20,000 nucleotides of DNA from Hydrurus foetidus (taxonomy: Eukaryota). Where the stretch lies: NCBI GenBank assembly GCA_900617105.1, contig UYFQ01000223.1, positions 59,865-79,864 on the forward strand. Reading direction: 5' to 3'. Below, piece by piece: positions 11,169-20,000 of this stretch (position 1 is the first letter of the stretch; each line of letters opens with the position of its first letter). The position numbers and the translations under genes were made by a program. The notes below the pieces were generated by a model, which searched no databases, was not told where the DNA came from, and saw only the letters and a program-made list of their open reading frames with translations.

Positions 11169-12625
11169 TTACAGGTCGCTGTCAAACTGCCTGATGAGCC
11201 AAAACCCCTCGACTTCGTCTGACTCTGGTGTCGCCTGGACAGACAAGAAGTGATAACCAGCTGACGCAGTCTTTCCCTTCTCGAATATTTGAGCTGCAAG
11301 AAATGTACTATGGGTGTTAGATATGACGGCACCTGTGTGGATGGTGCTGATGAAGTCCACAGAAATGTGATGTTAACGCTACCAAGGCACACACATGTCG
11401 TATTGTCAAAACAACACCGATCATCACCTTCTCTCTTCTGGGCATCCATCAATGGGGCCACTATAAATTGTGTGCTGATGTCAGTGTTCATCATCAACTC
11501 TCTTGAAAGCAAGTCCGCTCGTAGGTACGCAATCTCGAGTCCGTTCATCCATGCTGCTATCGATTCCGATCTCTTCATGAGTGGAGAAAATAAAGGATGA
11601 TTAGTAAGTGACCAGCAAATGAAGTCAAGTCTTTCGTTGTTACTACTTGCTTTTACAGACCTTCGAGAAGAGAGTGATGCCGTGGATCCACCCTGTCTTG
11701 GGAAGATCACGGATAGGACACAGCCGACCCCTCTTGATGTTCTCGCTATTCACTTGGCCGTCCCAGAAGGCTTCAGCAGGCAACGCAACAAATGCGTAAC
11801 TCTCAGCCTTAAGTACATCAGGAAGGCGATCTAGGACGAGGAAAATATGTAGAAAAACATGACGATAACATTCCGTCAGTTGAATGTAGACAGTAGTACA
11901 CTTGCTGCCACGAACTCCCAAAGAATAAGAGTCACATCTATACTGGGTTACAAGAAACGATATAAGTAATTTAGCAATAAATTTCGATAATCGTTTGTTG
12001 TCTAGTCACCTGGTTGAGATACATCGTAATCTAGAATAGTCTGTTGCTTCAACTGAGCGTTGTATCCTGGCATCTTAGGGTAGATATACTTTTCTCTCTC
12101 AGTGAGCCACGAAAATAAATTATGAGTCCTTCTACTAGGCTTCACTTCAACCTCCAATGTAGACAATGCAATAGTAATCATATTGAACATCTGATTTCTG
12201 AAAAATCTGATCATCTTCGGCCTGACCGGCGCCTGCTCCATTATTTCCTCTACAGCATTCCGTAAATTACGGGAGTTTACTAAGTTGCTTGGAATGGTCT
12301 TTAAGTATCTAAAGCTGCCTTCACTATCAGTAATCAGAATTTCCCACAGTTTCTTTCCGTCGCTGCCCATTACAGGACGAGAGTAGCAGTCGAGTTCCCA
12401 CTCATCAGTCATATCATCTGTAAAGACGATTTCTTCAGACTTCATGTAACCAATAGCAGGAGTATCTACAGGGGTGATATCGCTCATCATCAAGGACGTT
12501 GATGCCCTTATCTGGCTTGTTGATTTCTGATAGAAATTTGTCATCAGCGGACGCGATGCTGGCATCCAACCCAAGCAGTTCGTTATCCCTGCCACACACA
12601 CTGCGAGACCCATAATTGGTCTCAT
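11169..12625 (-). CDS. TAB2: Plastid RNA-binding protein of the Tab2/ATAB2 family (DUF1092), ~351 aa, with a bipartite plastid presequence
   Basis: Exons 12625-12010, 11830-11661, 11572-11428 and 11293-11169 have GT-AG introns with consistent phases (1056 nt). Recognised family motifs: WELDCYSRPV..DGKKLWEILITD, VNSRNLR, IRFFRNQM.NMI..AL..L.VEV.PSRRT, IAAWMNGLE and G.HFLSVQ..PES....GFWL. The N-terminus is a hydrophobic signal peptide followed by an aromatic residue (CLG-W) and an S/T/R-rich transit region. Confidence 0.92.
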
Positions 12626-12932
12626 ACTTCCGGTCTCGATTACGTCGAACTTGCACTTTCAATCCGCTGGATATGTTGTTGAAGCGGGGAGCCATCTCCT
12701 CTGCGATGGATGTGGGATGGAAGATGGAAGATCGCAAACGAGAAACGAGAACAAGGATCTTAATGAAATACCAAATTCGATGAAATGTAGACTTTTTATG
12801 ATTTGACCAGATCAAATGGAGTTCGAGCCTTGGTTCGAGAGTACACATTCAACAACCAACGAACTCACTGCGCGGTCTACAGCAGTTTTGCACTCAGGGA
12901 TCGTCTCTGCGGCTGGTTGTCCTCAGGAGAAG
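12626..12932. promoter_or_regulatory. Short divergent intergenic region, probable bidirectional promoter
   Basis: Head-to-head starts of TAB2 (12625, -) and the Arc1p-like gene (12933 or 12816, +) are 190-307 bp apart. Inferred from position only. Confidence 0.5.
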
Positions 12933-15178
12933 ATGTCATCACAGCGGGTGTTGTCCGCGAGAGCAACTCGTATCCTTGCATGCGCTGGCTTGTTAAGTTA
13001 CGATGAACTCTCATCCACGGATGATAACGCTGTCATTGTCGACATACTCCGCAACTCAAAAAGACCACATCTACTTGGTGATGTGAATTCACCAGAGGTT
13101 TTGGCGGAAGTTAATCGATGGTTGACAACATCTCAAAATCTGAGTGCTGAAGATCTTCCAACTATTGAAAGTGCGCTTTTCATGAGATCTTACCTTGTTG
13201 GCTATACTTTCACAGTGGCCGATGCCGCCGTATATGAAGCGATCAGAGGAAAATGTACTGCATCCGTCAGAAATTTTCGCGAGTTGTCACGGTGGTACAA
13301 TCATATGCAGAGCATCTGTCCATTAGATGGCTTTGATACCCTTAAATTTGGGAGTGAGGAGAGCCATTTCATTTGCTTACCTAGCGGTCAAAAGAAAACT
13401 CCTCTTGCGCAGAAAGCTGCATCACTCCCAAACAATGACGTTAAATTTGTTGCTATTGATGAGCCGAAAGTTGTCGCTACTGATAAGACAGTCGATGTGC
13501 CTGCAGCAGCAGTAGCAATTAAGGAGAAGAAAGAGAAAAAGAAAGATACAGTATCTGAATCAAAAGCACCATCTGATGCTGTTGCCGTCGCTGAGGGTGT
13601 TGATGAATTGGATCCTTCAAAACTAGACATTCGCGTTGGAGTAGTTGTGAAGTGTTGGAACCATCCCGACTCTGACAAATGTAAGTGCCCCACTTCATGC
13701 AGAATTAACTTGGTGTTCCATGAATGACTCACCTCTGAACCAACACAGATAGAAGCTGCCTAAACGCCGCAGATGATTTGACGTGTTTTTTTCACATTGT
13801 CTTTAATTGATCAACGTAACTGTCATTGTTTAGTCGCATGGCTTTGTCGTATCTACTCAGCTTCGGTCCTGACACTCTCCGGCACATGCAACTTCTTCAC
13901 TGATTGTGCGACGACTATTTCTGCAACCACGAGTGTGAACTTTACTGCTGTCAATCCCCATAGAAATGTAAACGCTTTCCTTATTAATTTTCTCCGCTGT
14001 CACCGTCACAGTGCTATGTGAAGAGATCGACGTGGGAGAAAGTGTTGCACGGACCATTGCATCCGGGATCAGACCGCACTACGCAGCCGAGGATCTTGTC
14101 AACAGAAAAGTGTGTGTGCTTGCCAACCTCAAGGACAGAAACTTAGCAGGGTTTAAATCGCAGGTGGGAGTGAAAGTTGGGGCACATTTTCTTCTTTGAC
14201 CTTGAACGCATACTATCAAGCGCTGAAGCACTGCTACATCATCTTAGGCACCACTCCTATGTCTATTACTATTTCATACTATTCTCTTTCACAATTGTAG
14301 TGCAGCAACACGTAATGTCGAAATCTCTATCCATCGTAGATACACCGATACACCTGCTGAGTAGTCTACCATACCGCACTGATTCTCCTGACTCTATCCA
14401 CCCAATCCTCCAGTCACCCATTCCTCATCTTATCAATGGTGTAAGTTGATCTCTACTATACCGATGAATTAGTTCTCATCAACCCAATGTATACACTGTA
14501 TCCTGCACCCCAGGGGATGGTTCTGTGTGCAGTGAGTGCGGACCACACACACATAAAGCTTCTAGAAGCGCCCTCCACAGCATCAGCAGGGGACAGAATT
14601 ACTTTCCCGGGGTTCACGGGTGAGCCGGCATCATCGGCTCAAATGGCGAAAAAGAAAATCTTAGAGAAATTGGCTCCTCAGGTACTCAACTTATTTTCGA
14701 CTTTCATACACAATCTCATCTATTTGAATTCACCATTTTTCATATTCATTCGATAAGATGTATTTTTCGAAGATTATGAATACAATTGAGATGCCAAGTA
14801 TTTTTCTTGGAGGCCCATTAATCATTTTGAACTTGGTATTGCATTTTATCCTATTCGTCTACTAATTTGTGTGTGTGACGATCTTTTTGCTCTTTCGTAG
14901 TTGCGGACAGACTCATCAGGTGTGGCGCACTGGGCTGCCTGTGCATTCACTGTCGGTAAGTGGCCAATGTCTACTCGCCTATTTCCTCTCTCAGTCATTT
15001 ATTTTGGACTTTTTTGAAGTCTTTCAGCAGTTTTGTGGAATCCGTAGGCAGTATAATCTATAATCTCTATAGCGAACCCGTAATACCCATATTTTCTCTG
15101 TGATACCTTTCCCTTTCCCCCTCAGGTGATGGCGTCTGCATTGCCCACGACTTGCTAGCTGATGCCGTCGTCTCATAG
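12933..15178 (+). CDS. Arc1p/AIMP1(p43)-like aminoacyl-tRNA synthetase cofactor: GST-C-like domain, K/E-rich linker and EMAPII-like OB-fold tRNA-binding domain, ~391 aa
   Basis: Exons 12933-13680, 14012-14163, 14514-14681, 14901-14955 and 15126-15178 have GT-AG introns with consistent phases (1176 nt). There is an alternative in-frame ATG at 12816. Motifs: RSYLVGYTFTVADAAVY and LSRWYNHMQ (GST-C-like); LDIRVGVVVKCWNHPDSDKLLCEEIDVGE..RTIASG, LANLK.RNLAGFKSQGMVLCA and GDRITFPG (tRNA-binding domain). Confidence 0.92.
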
Positions 15179-15507
15179 TCTGATGGATTTTGAGTCACTT
15201 TATTTAAAATAATAATATTTTGCAGCGTTGTGGAAAGTGTGAATATTGATTCCACGCGATGACGTTGATTATTTATGCATGATAAGTATCCTTTGCAGTT
15301 ATGACAAACACACTTTTAGGTGATCACATACACAACGGATATCCGCGTGTGCGTTAAATTCAGGCAGAAGATGGATGGCAGCTAAATGCTGTGCCGCAAT
15401 GGACAGGGGCCAGTGATTTTCAATTCCTCCTGCCATCTCGATATCGCATCTGAAAAACCCATCTTTCATCGACAAGAGCGCATGAAAATCAATTGATGCG
15501 CACTAAA

Positions 15508-15984
15508 TTACGCGAAATCAAGTGGCGATTCAGATTGCGCATCGTCTACGTCATCGGAGCTGCTACCATCTAACGTGAATGCGGGAGAAAGAGATGGCTC
15601 GAAACATACAGTTTCCATCTGAAGAAGAATACCGACGTCCCTAGCAATTTCCGCGTGCACACCATTTGGTGTCATCGCATTTCTTCTTGACCTGATGATT
15701 CTAGATTGTGCGATAGTGACATCATCGTTGAGAACCTCATTCCTAGCTCTTTTCATTCCCCGTTGTAGGGACCCTGTCCGGTCATCGTCAACAGATTCCA
15801 CCAACGCGATCGAGTGCGAAATTATCCAAAGTTCTGTATCACTATCTGCCATAATCGGAGAGGATAAAGTTGTGATATTGACGGCTGGACTGATGGTTTC
15901 GTAGTTTTGAAATGTGTCATCACATGACTTGGCAGTGCGATTTGCTTCAATTGAGAGAAGATCCTCATCTTCACATCCGACCAT
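15508..15984 (-). CDS. Hypothetical protein, 158 aa, acidic and probably disordered, with basic RGMKRAR and RSRRNAM patches
   Basis: Open ATG-to-TAA frame with protein-like composition, convergent with the Arc1p-like gene. No family recognised. Confidence 0.55.
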   Translation of the reverse strand: MVGCEDEDLLSIEANRTAKSCDDTFQNYETISPAVNITTLSSPIMADSDTELWIISHSIALVESVDDDRTGSLQRGMKRARNEVLNDDVTIAQSRIIRSRRNAMTPNGVHAEIARDVGILLQMETVCFEPSLSPAFTLDGSSSDDVDDAQSESPLDFA

Positions 15985-16166
15985 GACAGTTCATCCAGAG
16001 GCACTCGGAGCTTTCGACAAACCGCAGCTCCTGTAGAAATTGGTGATACAGGCAACTTTCTAATCAACTCCTTCCTTGTTTTTTAAATTCCTCTATCTTC
16101 TACCCCACTCTTCGCTCTGAACATCTTTCACCGGATAGTTTCGTCTTTCGTCTGCTCCCCCCTGAG

Positions 16167-16260
16167 CCCCAAACCCCAAACCCTAAACCCTAAACCCCAA
16201 ACCCCAAACCCTAAACCCCAAACCCCAAACCCTAAACCCTAAACCCTAAACCCTAAACCC
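16167..16260. repeat. Interstitial telomere-like tract (CCCTAAA/CCCCAAA)13
   Basis: 13 heptamers plus CCC: 7 x CCCTAAA (TTTAGGG on -) and 6 x CCCCAAA, flanked by unique sequence on both sides. Confidence 0.95.
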
Positions 16261-17400
16261 GAAGAAGTCTTTGAAATTTTTTTGTGAAAAAAAAGAGAAA
16301 GAAGCCCTAACGAAGTAAAACTCCAAACTTGAAGTAGAACATAAAAACCCAGAATTTCCGGAGTCAAACAAAGGTTCTCCTTGGATCAGATGCCGAGGAA
16401 TAACTGAAAGAACAGTTATGACCACTCGATATGTTTCTTGAGCGAACAAATAGGGAGTGATGAGAGAATGATTTATGATTCGTTTCACGATTTCTCTACC
16501 CCAACATGTCTTGTGTGATCCTTATTCATCTGTAATTTTAGGGTGGATGAAAACGGAAACGTTTAATTTCAGTGGACTATGGAAAACATTTTGATGCATA
16601 TGAGGATATGGATTTGATTGAGGATAACAGATCTGAACCAGACCGCCCTCCCGTACAGAGGAATTTAAGGTCGTAGACTTTCATCCTTCCCCGATTAACG
16701 TGAAGGAAAGGCGGGGTAAACGGAGATGCCCCCAATTATCAATGCCATCTGAGTATCAATAAGTGCCACCAAAACGATCACGGACGAGATAAGAAGAACT
16801 CGATACTAAATAGCAGTCCCTTTCAGAGTCGATGCTCGATTTGTCTGCTAAATGTCACGTCATGCATTGCTATGCTCTCTCCATAGGAAATGGGACGGAA
16901 GCGTGTTCGCTCCTGCAATATTGGCAAAGTGAAAGCGACGCGTGTACAAGGGAGATTTGGCTCACGCTATTGTTGCATCGTATGTATTTGTCTCACTCAA
17001 ATTTCAGTCTGACTATCAAGGTATATAAAGCGTTTCCTATCGTCTCAGCTAGGAACTGGCAGACACACCGTTAGGTTGTTGGAAAATTGGATCCGACGAA
17101 TGTGGTACCAGATTTTTGCAAGCTCTGAGGGTGAAATTCGCCTCAGTGACGCTTGTGGTACCGTGACACTTTATGACGCCATCTTGACACCGTTTCAATC
17201 CCTCAGATACCTCTCCGTTACGACAATTTCCAGTTAGTGCTATTGCGTGAAATGAAAATCGGCGTTTTGATACAAAGACAACAATTATTTAGACTAAGTT
17301 TGCATACGTCAGACCTAAATTTTACGGGAAGTAAGGACTACTTTTAGAGCTCTGGAAGCCATGATAGGTAAGGGAGGTAAGGGTTTCTAAGTCGCGTGGT

Positions 17401-18231
17401 TTAGAGGGCTTTTCTGAAAGCTGCCAGGTCAGTGAGAGACTTCTGGTATGCCTCGCAGATCACAACGCCATTCTTCTTGATGGCCCACTCGGTCATGTCG
17501 TTAAGGTCAACGAAATACGCTTTAGCAGCGGCAGTTGCGGCCTTGGGGTTTGCACTGGTATCGGCCAGTCTATATTTATTAAACGATTATTAAGTCAAGA
17601 TGGTCTCGAGAGAATTGTGCGCCCCGGATAGTGTCGAAGGGGACACGACTTACCTCAACATTGCCTCACGCATGTTATAAGTGTAGCGGGTTAATTCGGC
17701 AGTAACTTCCCACCATGTTTTCTTTGCCACGTATTGAGGAACTCTGTCAACGCGTTTTCTGTGATTACGTTGCGGGAATCCGGAAATGATAATCAGTTAG
17801 ATTTCAATTATCACAAAGGTTAGGTAGCTAGCCAGAATATAACAGGGCTCTTACGCGCATTCCTCGAGTTGGGCGCTCCAGAATTTCGTTTCCTCCGGTC
17901 CTCCCTTTCTATTAGTGATTGTGTATACTGATTTCTCTCCATTGCCAAAAGGGGAGTAAGGGGAGTACATGGGGTCCTCGCGATCCTCATTGATGGTGAA
18001 AGGTGACGATGCTGGACTGTCGCCAAAGTAGCTCTGTTTAGGTGCTGCTCCCTCTACCGCGAAAGCTGGTAGTGAGAGGAAGGTTGATGCGATTAAAGCG
18101 ATTCCGACATTTTTGGCCATAGAGGGTTTCGCAGCCATGACGATCTGGTTGCTGCGAGACCTGGATTGCTGCGCGGGACCGAAGGCCGCAACAACAGCGA
18201 TAACTGCAAGAGCAACGAAGAATCTGAACAT
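17401..18231 (-). CDS. psbQ: Photosystem II extrinsic protein PsbQ' (OEE3 family, red-lineage type), 216-aa precursor
   Basis: Exons 18231-17855, 17758-17654 and 17569-17401 have GT-AG introns with consistent phases (651 nt). The presequence is tripartite: signal peptide ending VAA-FGP (ASAFAP-like), transit peptide, then a lumenal signal ending AFA. Mature motifs YSPYSPFGNGEKSVY and YVAKKTWWEVTAELTRYTYNMREAM resemble diatom PsbQ' as I recall it. Confidence 0.9.
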
Positions 18232-18679
18232 CTTGGAAGGGCTCAAATAACTGTAGATGATGTTTATATTGGCGACTAATCGACAGTTGTGCAATGTGAC
18301 GTCTGCCTTGTGAAGGATCCTCCTCTGTAGGTACTACAGTAATAAATCTTGACTCACGTCAACTTCAATTCAAGACAAAAACGGAAACGTTTCGTAATCT
18401 CTGCCCCAAAAACGGATTTAGAAATTACACCAATAATTTGACCTTCATACCGTATCTACCGTATAATATACTGCCTTTTGTATGCGGTGTAGATTGTTTA
18501 GTTCATTTCCGTATAACATTAGAGTGTATGCGCGCCGGAAATTTCCGGGTGCACCAGAACGGATAATGTGACTGGACCCTCGGTCAATTTTGGAATTTAA
18601 GAAACTAATAATTAATTCAAAATATTTTGAAATATTTGAAGGATTGACCGATAGTAACTCTACTAGCAACAAGCGCATC

Positions 18680-19521
18680 ATGCTTCACATCATTCTCATT
18701 GAACCGTGGGGGATGGCCAATGTTCCTGAGCTGTTACGTTGTTATCGCAACCTTCAGCGGGCTAGATACAGCCCTGAAATTCTGAAGAAAACAACTGCTG
18801 GAGGGCGAATAACTATCAGTTTGGGGGAATTTCTTTCCTACGGCGACATCTTTGATGAAGTCAGTCTCGATCTCTATGATGTATTTATTCGGAGGGATCC
18901 ATCAGCTACAGGATTCAGAAATCTTGGAGATATAGGTTGGGATAGGAATTGCAGGGACTCGAATAGAAATTTCACCTTTGTATTGACTGCAGATGCAGCA
19001 TGTTTGCAACAATTGGGTCCACTGGAGCTCGTCCAGCATACTCCAGCTACCAAAGCATCTAGTGCTGTCACTCCTGATCTTGGGAATGAGAATGATATCA
19101 TACTACCAGCAGACGGTCCATCGCGTAAGAGAAGTAGAATATCAAGTAAAAAAGATTACTCACCCGCAACATTAGCAAAGTATTCAAAAGCAATCGAGTC
19201 GAAATTGATACTGCTGCTTTAAAACGAGATTCCATCAGCCAATGAAGATCTCCAAAATCAAGTATTGAAAGATGTCATGTTACGATTAGAAAACAGATTC
19301 TGCAACAGCAAAGCTGATTGTAATGTAAACGAAGTAATAGTGTCAAATATAAAAGCTCTGGTGAATTCAATAAATAAATATGGCCTTAATGACAGAGAGC
19401 AGATACGATTCAAAGAGAATCTCGCGCTAGCTATCTCCGGGAGTATTTCATTTGCAAAGCTGACTGATGCAACTAGCTTATCCAGGAGGGTGCTTGAGCA
19501 CGGGCGAGAAATGCGCACTGC
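18680..19521 (+). pseudogene. Interrupted ORF, probable pseudogene or DNA-transposon-related remnant
   Basis: ORFs 18590-19222 and 19265-19660 are in the same frame, separated by a single TAA (19220-19222), and the frame reads on as NEIPSANEDLQNQVLKDVM. It contains an NLS-like SRKRSR and an HTH-like SFAKLTDATSLSRRVLEHGREMR. Protein-like sequence ends abruptly at ~19521. Confidence 0.5.
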
Positions 19522-20000
19522 TGTGATAGTACCGGGTCCAGGGTCCCGATCCTACCGGGTACCGACTCTACCGGATCCTACCGGGTACTACTACTGTACA
19601 CTACAGTTAGGCTGTCGTATCGTCGTAGCCATCTACAGCGTCCACGTAGAAGTTAACTAGCTTCTAGCCTAGATACCTGTAACTAAGCCTACCTCCTCTC
19701 GCCCCCTTTCTCCATTTGCCCGACCACGATAGATCTATTATCCTCGGGAAATTTTCTGCTGCCTCTAATTCCCCTCTACTCGTCCCAACTTTGGTTACGA
19801 CTTCCAACACCTGAGTATTATTACTCACGACATCTTCGGAGTCGAAATTCTTGCTGAGCTACGCTCCAAGAACTTAGTTTTAAGTTAGCGAAAGTTGGGC
19901 TTAGCCTCTTTCCTCTTGGAACCCATTATTGGTGTCTCCAAAGTTCGTAGTTGGTTGAATTCGCGAAAGCCTTCACCACACGACACTTTCAAACTCGTCG
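19522..20000. mobile_element. Possible terminus of an inserted element (LTR-like TG start, internal short repeats)
   Basis: The sequence character changes sharply at TGTGATAG (19522). TACCGGGT occurs three times (19530, 19553, 19579) and GATCCTACCGGGTAC twice (19548, 19574). The other end is not visible. Confidence 0.3.

Noticed and set aside
12933..15178. Methionyl- or tyrosyl-tRNA synthetase
   Set aside because: Only GST-like and EMAPII-like domains are present. There is no catalytic domain (no HIGH/KMSKS), so it is a stand-alone Arc1p-type cofactor.
10431..15904. Overlapping, antisense or intronic ORFs in the track (e.g. 10431, 10969, 11289, 11619, 12435, 13388, 14177, 15695)
   Set aside because: They are shadows of the spliced genes or intron read-through, with no recognisable motifs.
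16550..18392. 15-bp direct repeat AAAACGGAAACGTTT at 16550 and 18378 flanking psbQ'
   Set aside because: It is A-rich with no extension beyond 15 bp, so it is plausibly chance. There are no other signs of a mobilised cassette.
19220..19222. Stop-codon reassignment (TAA read as sense)
   Set aside because: TAB2 and psbQ' in the same window end at TAA, and the four conserved genes have no internal stops.

Overview
Eukaryotic nuclear DNA with GT-AG introns. The host is most likely a photosynthetic stramenopile (ochrophyte), inferred from bipartite plastid-targeting presequences, a red-lineage PsbQ' and TTTAGGG-type repeats. Bases 1-~9557 are a head-to-tail satellite array of ~55 monomers of 174-175 bp, open at the left edge. 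It has two subfamilies, A and B, differing at ~21 positions; pure B forms the last 7 copies. The B monomer is tiled almost end to end by hairpins, and most B-specific substitutions create base pairs, which is the most unusual signal here. About 0.5 kb beyond the array is a compact gene region: a dual-specificity phosphatase (+), a plastid Tab2/ATAB2 RNA-binding protein (-), an Arc1p/AIMP1-like tRNA-binding protein (+), a hypothetical ORF (-), a 94-bp interstitial telomere-like tract, psbQ' (-), and a stop-interrupted ORF (pseudogene or TE remnant) apparently truncated by a further insertion. All calls come from reading the sequence by eye; no searches were run.
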